A DNA stretch of 64,000 nucleotides from Eledone cirrhosa (GCA_964016885.1 OZ024746.1:53816001-53880000), one strand, 5' to 3'; positions 1 to 14,058 are shown, counted from the stretch's first letter. The notes: a model not told the origin generated them from the letters alone. A program made the numbers and translations.

Positions 1-149
1 CAGTCCGAATTGGTGTGGTAGAGACAGGTACACATGTTGTTGAAGTGTTTTACTCCGTCAATACTCCGACATGTCCAGCATTTGGTTGGGTTGTTATTTA
101 TCCGAGGAACTGGAATCACTGGGGTTTCTGTAAACAACCAACATATACT

Positions 150-177
<28 letters not shown>

Positions 178-183
<6 letters not shown>

Positions 184-712
184 TAATAAAAATAATGAAT
201 AAAAACAAAGAAACAGTTCCTTATATTAAAAAATTCATCATTTTACGATCGTTTCTAGGATATATATGTTTGAGTTGGTATGTATATCATATAGATCTAT
301 GTAAAATTTTTACAAACTATCAGAGGGAATATACATACCTACACATATATATGCTGTCTTCAGAAATAATCATTATTTCTGAAGACAGCATATATATGTG
401 TAGGTATGTATATTCCCTCTGATAGTTTGTAAAAATTTTACATAGATCTATATGATATACATACCAACACAAACATATATATCCTAGAAACGATCGTAAA
501 ATGATGAATTTTTTAATATAAGGAACTGTTTCTTTGTTTTTATTCATTATTTTTATTAATTTATCTTGACTCTGTTTTCCTGTATTTTTCATCGGAAAAA
601 AAAAAAAAAACAACATTTTTGAATACATCTTCTCTTTTCATGATATTCGGATTACATTGAGTTCTTCATACGGATTGGACACTACCGTACATTTTGGTAG
701 ATTTATCTATCT
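178..712. mobile_element. Fold-back (inverted-duplicated) PLE pseudo-LTR-like insertion between (TA)n tracts
   Basis: Near-perfect palindrome ~178-564 centred at 371 (gaaataat-c-attatttc). The right arm continues ~150 bp to the next (TA)n. Each arm carries a hammerhead motif. Confidence 0.75.
370..507 (+). ncRNA. Type I hammerhead ribozyme motif with extended stem II (mirror copy on - strand ~235-372)
   Basis: tcattattt-CTGAAGA(379-385)-~100 nt hairpin-GAAA(487-490)-cgatcg-TA-aaatgatga. Stem I strands pair; loop III is palindromic; the base of stem II is imperfect. Confidence 0.7.
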
Positions 713-743
<31 letters not shown>

Positions 744-831
744 TACATATACAAACACTTCTGTCAACTACGTCTTGTGTATTGGGCAAGGTATTCTTGA
801 CCCACTTTCTGTTGTATAATAATGTCAATAA

Positions 832-1975
832 TGTAGTAGTAGTAGTAGTAGTAGTAGTAGTAATAGTAGTGTTGGTTGTAGTATTAGTAGTAGTAGTAGC
901 GTTGGGAGTAGTAGCAGTAGTAGTGGTTTTGGTAGTAGTAGTGGTGTTGGAAGTGGTAGTAGTAGTAGTAGTGGTGTTAGCAGTGGTAGTAGTAGTAGTA
1001 GTGGTAGTAGTTGAAGTAGTATTAGTGTGGGGGTGTTGGTAGTAGTAGTAGTAGTGTGGGGGGGGGGGGGGGGGTTGATAGGTATGGTGGTTAAAGGATG
1101 GTAGTAGTAATGGAAATGACTGTCATCAGTTCGACATTTCATAGGTAGTTCACCTACCACCATCTACCTATACTATCATCACCACTACAATAAACCAGCT
1201 CCACAATACCACTACCTACACCACCACCACCACCAACACCTCCATCGGCACCACATTACAGTTACCACGAGCACAATCACCAACACTACCATCACTACCA
1301 CCGCCATCACCATCTGCACCATCACCATCTCCACCACCATCACCACAAGTACTAGCAACACTACCACCACCACCTCCATCGCCACCACATTACAGTTACC
1401 ACGATCACAACCACCAACACTACCACCACTACCACCACCACTACCACTACCAACAGCAACACCACCACCTTCACCACCACTACTACCACCACCACAACCA
1501 CCACCAAATCACAGTTACCACGACCACCACCACCACATCACAGTTACCAGGACCCCCACTACGACCTCGACCCCCACCACTACCATTACCACCCCATCAC
1601 TACCATTACCACCAGCACCACCACCACCATCACCAACACTACCTCCTCCATCACTACCACATCACAGTTACCATACTCACCACCACGACTAATGCCACCA
1701 CCATTATCACAATCACAAGCAGGATCACCACCATCGTCAGCATCACCGCCACCACCACCACTAACACCACCATCATCACCACTACCACCACCACCATCAC
1801 CACTACCGCCACTACCACCACCACCACCACTACAACGCCCACTGCCATCAGGATTACCAGCACCTCAACCACCACTACGACCCCCCCATCACCACCACCA
1901 CCACGGCCCCCACACTACCACCACCATCACCACCATCAACACCACCACCACCACCACCACTATCACCCCCCACAC
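832..1975. repeat. Degenerate (GTA/GTG)n followed by (CAC/TAC)n low-complexity region
   Basis: Trinucleotide-like runs with recurring cacatYacagttaccac subunits; source of the poly-Val/Thr/Pro ORFs. Confidence 0.85.
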
Positions 1976-2283
1976 CTATTACTACTACTTACCCAGATAC
2001 GTAATATTGTTAATAAAAGAATCCCTGGCACAGTTTACACACACAAAAGCACTCGCACACATAAATACACACATAAACACGCACATAAATACACACATAA
2101 ATACACACATAAACACACACATAAATATACACACATAAACACACACATAAACAGACGTACCCTAACCATTTTCCTCCTTGGATACTTGAGACGTACTAGT
2201 TAGAGATTTAGAGGTCACCAAGACAGACAGACGCACATACACACACATACATATATATACACGCACACACGTGTGTGTGTGTT

Positions 2284-2360
<77 letters not shown>

Positions 2361-2407
2361 ATGTATATATATACATATACATATGTGTATATATAAATAT
2401 ATATATA

Positions 2408-2848
2408 TATTAATTCAAAATATTAATAAATGTAGACATACACGTAATCAAAATATATTTTTTATTATATATATTTCGGAGGTACTGTGTTGTTTTTTCA
2501 GTACGTCCTCATCAGATAAAATATATAAATTGATGTATGACATACCTCAACTGTGCTGATGGTTCAATTCCAGTTTTGGCAGCCAATACTGGAATTGAAC
2601 CATCAGCACAGTTGAGGTATGTCATACATCAATTTATATATTTTATCTGATGAGGACGTACTGAAAAAACAGCACAGTACCTCCGAAATATATATAATAA
2701 AAAATATATTTTGATTACGTGTATGTCTACATTTATTAATATTTTGAATTAATATTAATAACTCCAGAAAACTTTTACAGTTGAGTGCTTCTAATCTATT
2801 GTAAAACTATATTAATTGATTAATCAATGAACCTTGTTTAACTTTTGG

Positions 2849-2850
<2 letters not shown>
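2408..2850. mobile_element. Fold-back PLE pseudo-LTR-like insertion in (TA)n
   Basis: Palindrome 2408-2754 centred at 2581 (ttggc-a-gccaa), then a ~95 bp tail to (TA)n at 2850. Confidence 0.75.
2636..2709 (+). ncRNA. Minimal type I hammerhead ribozyme (mirror copy on - strand ~2453-2526)
   Basis: atatattttat-CTGATGA(2647-2653)-ggacgtactg/cagtacctcc-GAAA(2685-2688)-tatata-TA-ataaaaaatatat. Confidence 0.8.
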
Positions 2851-2884
<34 letters not shown>

Positions 2885-3090
2885 ACAGGGAGAAAGAGAC
2901 GATTATTAGGAAGAAAAATATTTTTTTTTTCCTTTTTTGTTTTTCTCTCCCTTTTTTCTGGGTTAGAAAATGATTAAAACGAAATGTTTTACTTTGTGTG
3001 AAGTGTTAAGGTATTAGTTGATTTATTTATTATTTAACAATGGCATTTATTTATCTATTTATATATTTAATTGTCTATATATATATATAT

Positions 3091-3650
3091 AAGTTATTCC
3101 AGGTTCAATCGAGGGTAACCACAGTAAGTAAGGTACTCAATACATAATAGAGTATAAATGTTTAATATAGAAAAGCTTCTACAGGACTAGAACTGTTTCA
3201 TTAGTGAGAAATCATCAGGAAGCTAACTGTCCAAGTAAATATGGTGGTATTTATATTTTTTCTAGTGGTAGGAGAAGGTGGTGATTGGGATGGGTGGGGG
3301 AGGTCATTGGTTGATGGGTTTAAAGAAAATGGAATTCTTTAAATGCTAATTCTTTAAAGCTATAATTTATATTTAGAGTGACAAAGGCAGAAAGAATACT
3401 ATAAACAAGTTCAGATTGGAGTACCACTCCTTAATTTTAAGTTTCTCTTAAGCTAACAATACCTATATTGCAGGTGTCTACAGGATGGGTGGAGGTCATT
3501 GATTTAAACAAAGGGGAATTCTTTAAAAGCTAATTCTTTAAAGCTGTATTTAGAGTGACAAAGGCAGAAAGAATTTGGGTTGCTTCTCCTTATTGTTAAG
3601 TTTCTCATAAGTTATTTTTCAGGTGTCTACAAACACCCCCCCCCCCACAC
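3091..3650 (-). mobile_element. PLE pseudo-LTR-like fragment with internal ~195-bp tandem duplication
   Basis: 3091-3223 is the reverse complement of the 35190-35320 tail. Blocks starting ggatgggtgg at ~3289 and ~3483 are duplicates. Ends at (TA)n. Confidence 0.6.
3175..3223 (-). ncRNA. Type I hammerhead ribozyme motif
   Basis: Reverse complement reads gcttc-CTGATGA-tttctcactaat-GAAA-cag ttctagtc ctg-TA-gaagc. Stems I and III pair; stem II is decayed relative to the 35142 copy. Confidence 0.65.
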
Positions 3651-3653
3651 ACT

Positions 3654-4432
3654 ATTCCTCATTGAGCCACACCGGGAATGGTTGCCAAAAACATATATAT
3701 GTATCTATGACTTTGTCTAATTTATATATACCCTTTAAATTTAATATATACTCCCGTAAGGTTGAGTAAAACTTTAGGCAGTATTCGACTGCGATTTCTA
3801 GCAACCAGCCTACTCACCGACAGGCACCAATCACAACGTTCTGTCTTGACCACTGGCCACGTGATGGTTCTTAGCCATTTTGAATTCATTTTTGGTGGGG
3901 ATCATGCTAGAAAAATCTTAGTCCAATTAAGGTATCACCTGATGAGTTCTGAGCCTTGTGGATTTATCCAAGACCGGATATATCCCAAAAATGGAACGAA
4001 ACCGCCAGGTGGTAGAGATTATGAAGATTCTGGTAAAGTTTATGTACATTGTTTTCTTCTAATTTCGATTTTGTACCTAATTACGTGTAATTAATTATAT
4101 GTCTAGTCAATTTCTACAGGCTAGTAGAAATATTAAGTAAATATCATGTAGTTGTATGTCGCGGAAAAGAAGCTATGTCATTTGTCTATTATTTCTTCAT
4201 AAGAACATTTTAAACTGATAGCCGCGTTTAAATGATTTTTGTATGGATGATTTATACTGATTGGAAGAGGAAATACTGTATATATTTTATCTACTGATTC
4301 TTTGGACTTACTTTTTATATATTGCGCTGATTATTAATTATTTAATTAATTCTTCATTGAGCCACACCGTGAATGGTTGCCAAAAACATATATGTATCTA
4401 TGACTTTGTCTAATTTATATATACCCTTTAAA

Positions 4433-4443
<11 letters not shown>
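3654..4443 (+). mobile_element. ORF-less hammerhead-containing monomer (695-bp period) with ~95-bp terminal direct repeats
   Basis: cattgagccacaccg...ccctttaaatttaatata occurs at 3660-3750 and 4355-4443, with a single hammerhead inside; ends in (TA)n. Confidence 0.65.
3934..4019 (+). ncRNA. Type I hammerhead ribozyme motif
   Basis: atcac-CTGATGA(3939-3945)-gttct...ggaac-GAAA(3998-4001)-ccgccaggtgg-TA-gagat; one mismatch in stem I. Confidence 0.65.
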
Positions 4444-4483
<40 letters not shown>

Positions 4484-4486
<3 letters not shown>

Positions 4487-5497
4487 GTATATATATAAAA
4501 TTAAGTATGTTTGTGTGTGTCTGTGTGTCTGTGTATTACCTATAGGGGCCTACATCTTACGACCGATTTTCATGAAACTTTACAGGCTCATAGATTCGTC
4601 ATCGGGCAGTGTTTTCTATATATCAACGTATCGCTTTTTTTTTTATTCCGGGGTCATTCTGCAGATAGAAATCGATAGGGGTCACCTTTTTTTAGGTATC
4701 AAAAAATAAGACTTTTGTCTCTAGCTCCCACATTTTGCCACCGATTTCGTTCAAATTTTAAAGCAAAATAGAATTTATCATTGCACATCTTGTAATGGCT
4801 TCATATTTTGTATTTGTTGTTCAGGGATGGCGTGGCAGCCGCTTAAATATTCAAAAATACCACTTTTAGACTCACATTTCCACTTTTTCGGCTCTAACTC
4901 CCACATTAATCAACCTACTTTGTTCAAATTTTACACTACGCTAGATCTGATTATTTCACGTCTTAAAGTGGCTTTACATTTTGGATTTTTTAAATTCAGG
5001 AACGGCGTGGCAGACGCTTAAATATTCGAAAATACCACATTTTCGCTCAAATTTCCGCCTTTTCGGCTCTAGCTCCCGCATTTTTCAACCGATTTCGTTC
5101 AAATTCGAAACTTCGGCTCCACCTCACACATAAATCAATTTATTTGGTTCAACTTTTATACTGCGATAGAACCTATAATTGCACATCTTATAGATGGTCA
5201 AAGGCAAAACGATGGTCACTGACGTCGTCTGAGCTTTTAGTTGTGTATTTGAGAATTCATCGGTTTGCAATCAAGTAGCGTGAGGAAATTTGGCATAGTG
5301 TTAGAGGTCATTACCTCCCTCCTCCAGCATGCCCCTTTCGTCAGTCACCCGCGTTTCTCAGTGATAGAGGTCATCACTACCCTCCCCCGCATGGTCTGTG
5401 TGTGGCCATAGATGAGTCATCGAGAAGCAGTCGCTAAGATCTTCATGAAAGCAGATATTATTTTACCTACCCAGGCAACGCTGGGTACTGCTGCTAG
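4484..5497 (+). mobile_element. Non-autonomous Helitron
   Basis: 5' TC after A; subterminal hairpin cccaggcaacgctggg; CTAG end followed by T; internal ~180-bp subrepeats (ttttcggctctaRctccc...ttcaaatt). Confidence 0.75.
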
Positions 5498-5574
5498 TAT
5501 ATATATATATATATATAAAACCTTTTACTCCCACACATTCGCAAAAAACCACACTCTTATAACCATATATGTAG

Positions 5575-5621
<47 letters not shown>

Positions 5622-5773
5622 CACATACACCCGCACGTATATATATGTATATTTATATATACACACACGTTCACACATACATATACACACATACATACAG
5701 ACATATATATATATATACATATATACACACATACATATATAAGAAACATATATGCATATATATATATATACAC

Positions 5774-5804
<31 letters not shown>

Positions 5805-6249
5805 CTCACACACACATAGATATATATATATATACTAACATATACAGTCAGTCACATACACACACAGCTGACAGAGATTACAATAAAACGTAAGAGATTT
5901 TTTTATTATATTTTAATTCATTTATGATTTTACTATCTAATGATGATGGATCCTCCGTCGGTTTCAGCGATGGACATTGAGTTGTTCGATCAACTGGACG
6001 TCGTACCCATGAATTTACTAATAGAAAGTGAACAGAAATGAAATAAAAATTACATGTGGTCCCCTGTGAATTTGTATCTCATTGGTGATTTCTTGGTGTT
6101 TGAATGATAGATGCCCCGCTTCTATCTTGAAAAGTAACGCGAAATGAACGTATTCCTCAATTGAACAACACATCACCCGTTCCAGGAATGGAACCCTAGA
6201 TCCTATGATCATGAGTCCAACACTCTAATCATGAAGCTATTTGGTTGTG

Positions 6250-6470
6250 TATCAATATCGGTCACTCTCCGACAGGTTTGCAGCCGAGTGCGTATTATTG
6301 GAGGCTTCTGGTGTACGTGGGCCTAGGGCCACCTCCCCACTCCCTACCTTATGCATAGAGTTGGTTACCCGCAGGTGTGAGCCTCGTGAACTGGAATGGC
6401 TCTTCCAGCGCGTCTTCCTCACCAGCTCACTGGAAAATGACTTCTTTATTCTGTGCACCGGGGTAACGCA
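6250..6470 (+). pseudogene. 3' fragment of CRE-like non-LTR retrotransposon (restriction-like endonuclease C-terminus)
   Basis: Translation YRSLSDRF...EASGVRGP...RRCEPRELEWLFQRV resembles the CRE-clade ending ETxGxxGP...EPRExxxLFQRIS. Confidence 0.5.
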
Positions 6471-7114
6471 TGGGCCCCAATTGCTCATATAGTGAGAGAT
6501 GTAGAGATCGGGAGAGACAGAGGCAGTGACAGTGGGAGTTTGGTTCCTTTTTGTTCGGACCTGGTTCATGTGTATATGCTTCACAGACACATATTTACGC
6601 TGTTGTCATTCTGTCGTTATACAAATTACTATTTCTCAGATACAGTCACATTACCCTTAAATTAATTCCCAGAACGAATCACCATGACACAGCATGTGAC
6701 AAATCTGGATCTATGAATTACAAAGGCAATCCAACCGACGGGTTTCTACAAAAGTGGTGTCTACCCATTTTCCCTCACTAGGCTTGGGTTAATCCGCGGT
6801 TATATTAAAGACACTGGCTCAGGTTGTCACGCAGTGGGATCAAACTCAAACCACCATGAATGCGAAGCAAACTTTTCAACCCCTAAACCAAGCATGTGTC
6901 AACTATATGCAAGGGATGTGTTCATTTTGGCTTCATGCTCTGAGATCAAACACCGCCACGGTCAATTTGTCTTTCCTTCTGGGATCGACCAGATTATTTA
7001 TTTAGTTGTTTCTTTGAAATTTACTCCTTCCAACTGGCACTTAGTGATGGCACAGATATTAACAGACATTTGTTGAGCTTACTGGTGTTTTTCCTTTTGT
7101 TGTTACTGTTGTTA

Positions 7115-7870
7115 AGCGTCGGACACCATGCTTTGCAGCATAGAGTTATGGCCCTTTATGATCTGTGTTCAAATCCCGCTGAGGTTAGCTTTGCCTTTCA
7201 TCCTTACGGGGTCGATAAAATAAAGCACCAGTAATGCACTGGGGTAATTGCAGCCCTTGTGCCAAAAATAGAACAATTATTTTTGTTATCACGGTGGTGG
7301 ATTAGCAACATCACTAGAGCGTTGGACAACAAGCATTGTGGCATATAGTCACGTCCCTTTATTTTCTGAGCTCAAATCCCGCCAATAAAGTACCAGTCAC
7401 ACACTGGAATCAATTTAATCAATTTTCCCTCATCCCAAAACGGTTGGCTTTATACTTAAATCAGAAACAGTTATTGTTGCTGTTATTGCTATAGATTTAT
7501 TTTGTTATTGTTGCTATCACTTTGTTGATTTTTGTTGTTGTTGTTGGCACTGTTAAAGTTGATGTTGTTGTCCCTATCTCCGCTGCACCTGTTGTTGTTG
7601 TTGTTGTCACTGTCGCTGTTGTTGCTGCTGCTGTTGTTGCTGTTGATGATGTGCCTGTTATTTTTGGTTTCTTATATAGGCACACAAGGCCAACAATTTT
7701 TGATTAAATCGACCCCATTGCGTGACTGGTACTTTATTTTATCGACCCCGTAAGGATGATAGGCAAATTTAACCTCGGGAGGATTTGAACTCAGATCATA
7801 AAAGGCCGTAACACTATGCTTCTAAGCATGGTGTCCGACCCTCTACCGATACTGCCAATCCACCGCCTTA
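7115..7870. mobile_element. Cluster of tRNA-derived SINE copies (family A; Meta-like core): ~7115-7282 +, ~7292-7475 +, ~7680-7870 -
   Basis: A box tggcagtatcgg, B box gagttcaaatcc, core gcctttcatccttacggggtcgataaaataaagtaccag, tail ccttgtgccaaaagtagaaacaattatt. Confidence 0.85.
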
Positions 7871-8073
7871 TATTATTGGTAGTGATATATATAGCTGTAG
7901 CTGTGTCACTGTTGCTGCTGTTGTTGTTGTCGTTGTCGTCATAATCATCATCCTCTTCATTGTTTGGCGTTCCATGTTATTCCTTCTAACCTAATACCTA
8001 CTAATTTGGGTCAGCAGTTCATACTCTTAATAAAATTACGCTCCATCAAAACAATACACCAACACACGCACAC

Positions 8074-8870
<797 letters not shown>

Positions 8871-9108
8871 TAATGCATATTACATGTACACACACTCATA
8901 CGTTTAATATTCAGCTTAACCTGTAAATAAGACAGATTAACATTGATCTAACAGGATTAAATCGGACACTGGGGCGAATAACAAAATATGCATTATATAT
9001 ATGTATGTATATATGTCATACTTATATACATGCATATACACCAAATAAATATATAAATATATACATAAACATTTATGTTTTTATATACACACACACACAC
9101 ACAAACAT

Positions 9109-9218
<110 letters not shown>

Positions 9219-9647
9219 CATATATATTATATATAATATTATATATATATGTATATAATATATATATATAATATATATAGATATAGATACACACGCATAC
9301 ACACCTACACACATACACACATATATATATATATATATGAACATATATATATGCATACACATACTTACATATACGCGAATATATAAATGTAAACCAAAAA
9401 GTCAGAAAAAGACAAGTAACAGTTGATAAGCTGGATTATAACCATCCTTATATATAAATACACATAAGTTTCCTTGTCTGGTAGTAGGGTTTTAAGCCGT
9501 ATTATATTGATCCTAGTCCTGGCAGTGAAGGTTTAGCTTTAGATATTTGAAAGTTTAACAAAGTCCTATGTGTGCTGGGAGAACTACGATTAATGCAGCA
9601 TTGCCAAATTTCATATTGAAACTTTTTTTTTCAGCCGTTGTTTAACA

Positions 9648-9990
9648 CAGGGGCGTGCAACAGGAGGCTCGTGAGCCACGATCTGGCCCGCCTGACCAGT
9701 CAGAGTGGACCTTTTTTAATTTTTAACTTGTAGGCTTATTTAGAATTTTTTTCGTAACCGTAATACAATTTTCTGTTACTTGACCTAAACCAAATACTAA
9801 GTCTCACATTAATAAAACTAAATTATATTTTATTTGTCTTTATTGTTTAAAAATGTATTTACAATGTATTTATGACTCAATTGACTGGTTTACATTAGAT
9901 TACACATTTTTGACAGTGGCTGGTCCTAATAGTTGTTCCAATATTCAAACTATAAAGACTATCATAAAGCCCGCAGGGGTAACTTTTGCT
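9648..9990. mobile_element. Possible hAT-type MITE relic
   Basis: Begins caggggcgtgcaac...gagccacgatctggcccgcc, resembling hAT/Charlie non-autonomous ends; no clear partner TIR. Confidence 0.3.
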
Positions 9991-10337
9991 TTAATAGAGA
10001 AAAATGATCATAAAATGCTTTTTGTATTTCTATAATCGTAAGCAGGTGATAGAGTGGTTAGGTTTGGGTTCACGATTGTAAATTCCCGTTTTGTTCTTAA
10101 CACTTTATTTTACGTTGCTGCAGTACTCATAACTCGAAAAAATATGTTGTATCCATACTCCAATATGGCGGCCTTATAGCACGCGTTAAGTGTTCACTTG
10201 TCAGTGGAGTGCTCAATAATATGTACATTAATTTCACGAGCAGGCTGTTCCATTGTTTGAACAACTGGAACACTCATCGTCGTAACCGAGGCTGGTAAAA
10301 AACACTTTTTCTATATTAATTTTTATATTGCCATTAG

Positions 10338-13160
10338 AGGGTGGTGTATTGGCAGTATCGGTAGAGCGTCGGACAATATGCATCGAGGCATAGTTATGTC
10401 CTTTTACGTTCTGAGTTCAAAACCTGCCGGGGTTAACTTTACCCTTTATCCTTAAAACCTGCCGGGGTTAACTTTGCCTTTTATCCTTAAAATAAAGTAC
10501 CAGTGATGTACTGGAGTCATTTAATCAACTTTTCCCTCCCCTTCAAATTGCTGGCCTTGTGCCTAAAATAGAAACAATTATTATTATTATTATTGGATTG
10601 GCAGAATCAGTAGAGCGTCGGACAACATGCTTAGTGACACAGAGTTATGTCCCTTTACGTTTTGAGGTCAAAACTCGCCGAGGTTAGCTTTGCCTTTCAT
10701 CTACGGAGTCGATAAAACAAAGTACCATTCACGCACTGCGGTCGATTATAATCGACTTTCCCTCTCCTTCAAATTGCTGGCCTTGTGCCTAAATCAGGAA
10801 CAATTATTATATTGTCATTACGAACTTCCGGTTTGCTGGTAGAAAACTTAAAAACAAACTCATTCCGGCGACCCCCTTTCTTCACACCCCTCACCAAGAT
10901 TTTCCTTCCATCAAAGTCTGCTTGTTGTAGTGGAGGTTGCTTGGAAGGAGATAGGAACAGATGGTTTTGTGAATAATACCTTGAAGAGATTTTCAATAAT
11001 TAGGGAAGGGTGGGATGGGCGCCTAACACACTTCACGGGGTGGTAGTGGTGTTGTGAATAATATTTACAGAAACATGGTGGGGGAGAGACAATTCTAGAG
11101 GGTGTAAAATATGGACCTGGTAGTACTTGATGGGGTTGTAATGATAGAGGTGGTAGTGTCTGAGGTTGTAATGGTGGCGGCGGTGGTGGTGGTGGTGGTG
11201 ATGGTAGTAGTAGTCGAGTTAGTGTTGGTGATGGTGATAGTTGTGATAGTGATATTCTTGCAGATGTTGTCGTTTGAGGTGGTGATGGTTGTGGTGGTTG
11301 TGGTAGTTGTAGAGGTAGAGGTATTGCTGGAAATAGCAGATGGAGGAGTAGTCTTTGTGGTGGCAGTTGAGGTAGTGATGTTGTTGCTGTTGGTAATAGG
11401 TATGCTGGTAGTGGTGGTATTTGAGATAGTGATGTTTGTTTTGGTCTTTGTGATAGTGGCAGTAATAATTGTTTCTACTTTTGGCACACGGCCAACAATT
11501 ACCCAATGTATTACTGGTACTTTATTTTATCGACCCCATAAGGATGAAAAGCAAAGTTAACCTCGGCAGGATTTGAACTCAGAATGGCAAGGGCCGTACC
11601 TCTATGCGTCAAAGGATGGCGTCCGACTCTCTACCGATACTGCCAATCCACCGTCCTGTAGGTTTTAATTTAGGCATTTGGCCAACAATTTGGTGGTAGG
11701 TAGATGTCGATTATATTAACACCAGTACTTTACTGGTATTTTATTGAGTTCAGAAAAGTGAAAAGCAAAGCTAAGTTCGGTAGAATTCGAGCACATATTG
11801 TTAAACCCGGATCTAATATCACTTGGCATTTTACCCGATTCTTCAATGATTTAAGTGATCCACTACTCTGATATACACTTTGATAATTGTTTCTACTTTT
11901 GGCACAAGGTCAACAATTACGCCAGTGTATATTTGGCACTTTATTTTATCGATCCCGTATGGATGAAAGGCAAAGTTAACCATGATGGGATTTGAACTCA
12001 GAACGTAAATGGCCATAATTTTATTCTGCAAATCATGATGTTTGACGCTTTACCAGTACTGCCAATCTATAATAATTTTAAATAATGATTTCTAATTTAG
12101 AAACAAGGTGAGCAGTTTGAGAAGAAGGAAAGTCAGTTATACCGAACTTAGTATTAAAAAAAGTTAAAACTTGCCCCAAGTCATCAGGCTTATCAAGCTA
12201 GTGTTTATCCTAGGTTTCATTTTCACCCGCGTTAAGCGACTGAGAGTACAAAATTCACCCTTGGATCGGACGCCATTCCATCGCAGGTTCACCGTCCCTA
12301 GTACTTCACTGATATTTTATTTTATTGACCCCAGAATCATTAATGACAAATTTGACATCAGAACCTAAAGAGTCGAAATGAATAACCCAAAGCATTTCTT
12401 CCAACACGCTAATCGCTCTGTACATTTTTGTACATTTTATAATTATTTCTACTTTTGGAACAAGGCCAGCAATTACCCAGTGCATTACTGGTACTTTATT
12501 TTATCGACTCCGTAAGGATGAAAGGCAAAGTTAACCTCGACGGGATTTGAACTCAGACCGTAAAGGGACGTAACTATGCTGGAAAGCATGGCGTCCGACC
12601 CTCTACCGATACTGCCAATTCACCACCCTTTATACATTTTATAATGATTTATAATTATTTTTGACGTGTTTCTGTATTCCAGCTGCTAAGAAGCTTGGTT
12701 GGCCGGTTTGAAAATTAGAGCTCTCGTAGTTGGTCATCAAAGGCAATCGGATGTCTGCTCTAAGCTCGGCAACAATATGATGCCGGTGATAGAGCTTACT
12801 AGAACTAGCATATACTTTATAATTGTTTCAGAAGTAGACATAATACCAGCAATTTGAGGGGAGTGGAAAGTAGATTATATAACCCCAAGTACTTCACAGG
12901 TACAATATTTTATCGACCCCAAACGATAGAAGTCAAATATGACCTCAACGCGATTTGAACTCAGATCGTAAGGGGCCGTAACTAAACGCTACAATTCATT
13001 TTGTCCAATGCTCTAACGATCTACCGATACTGCATATCCATCGCCCTCAGTCCATTATAATAATTATTTCTAATTTTAACACAAGGGTAGTAATTTGAAG
13101 GGAAGAGGTAAGCCGATTAAATCGACCTTCTGGACATTACTGGTATATTATTTTATCGAC
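10338..13160. mobile_element. SINE family A copies: ~10338-10590 +, ~10593-10810 +, ~11465-11654 -, ~11885-12068 -, ~12440-12628 -, ~12818-13045 - and older fragments
   Basis: Same A/B boxes, core and gaaacaattatt tail; consecutive copies are joined through (TTA)n. Confidence 0.85.
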
Positions 13161-13429
13161 TCCAGAAGAATTTCTACTTATTTTTGGCTTGGTTGGCCGG
13201 TTTGAAAGTTAGAGCCTTGATAAATTGTCCCTCATATTACAATTTCATCCTTTCTAAGACATGTAAACAAGTACTTGAGAATATATGTAAACAAACGATT
13301 TCATCCCAACGTTGCAGAACTAGGAGAATCGATCTCAGTCTATTTAGAATATTTTTTTAGAGTTTTCACGGGAAAATAGGTATCAGATGGACCATAACGC
13401 ACCAGATGGACCATAACGCACCAGAGTAC

Positions 13430-13567
13430 TCAATACTTAGGGTAGTAGAGTGGGTAATAGGAAAAGATATGACCTCGACGGCATGGCTCAAGCCGTTACG
13501 ACGGCTATTTCAGTCCAGAAATAGCCGTCGTAACGGCTTGAGCTCTGCCGTCGTGGTCATACCTTTT

Positions 13568-13572
<5 letters not shown>
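13430..13572. mobile_element. Fold-back half-hammerhead element (sister of 34332-34480)
   Basis: Arms ~13457-13511 and ~13518-13572. Each carries stem II 3' strand-GTAA(for GAAA)-cggc...gccg-TC. Abuts (TA)n. Confidence 0.65.
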
Positions 13573-13600
<28 letters not shown>

Positions 13601-13603
<3 letters not shown>

Positions 13604-14054
13604 CGGAAAAAATGAAACGAAATTTCATTTATCACTCTTAGTACGGCTGTTACTTAAATATAAGTATGTATACGTACATACATATATGTATACAGACGTA
13701 CAGTAGTATGTATATATATATACATACATGCACACATATATATATGTACGTATGGATTCACCGAACATTTATTATAATGCTGGGTGTTCCTTTGTCAGTG
13801 TTGAACAAATGAGCAACGATGGTTGCTAGACACTGTACGGCTTAATTCGGGATGTTTGTTTACAAACACACCGAGCATTATAATAAATGTTCGGTGAATC
13901 CATACGTACATATATATATATATGTGCATGTATGTATATATATATATACATACTACTGTACGTCTGTATACATATATGTATGTACGTGTACATACTTATA
14001 TTTAAGTAACAGCCGTACTAAGAGTGGGAAATGAAATTTCGTTTCATTTTTTCC

Positions 14055-14058
<4 letters not shown>
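13601..14058. mobile_element. Inverted-duplicated copy of the 439-bp hammerhead unit, flanked by (TA)n on both sides
   Basis: 13786-14056 matches 45550-45824; 13602-13787 is an inverted copy of its 3' ~185 bp. Confidence 0.8.

Noticed and set aside
15-628. Two ORFs with nearly the same protein on opposite strands
   Set aside because: A consequence of the DNA palindrome; the signal is an RNA structure, not a protein.
782-2138. Poly-Val/Pro/Thr ORFs (also 7497-7753, 11095-11560, 24992-25324)
   Set aside because: Trinucleotide low-complexity DNA with no domain or splice evidence.
10338-10810. tRNA genes
   Set aside because: The A/B boxes belong to SINE heads; no cloverleaf, and they are followed by the SINE core.
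10769-10996. Possible host exon (75-aa ORF)
   Set aside because: No recognisable domain; runs into a SINE; splice sites cannot be supported.
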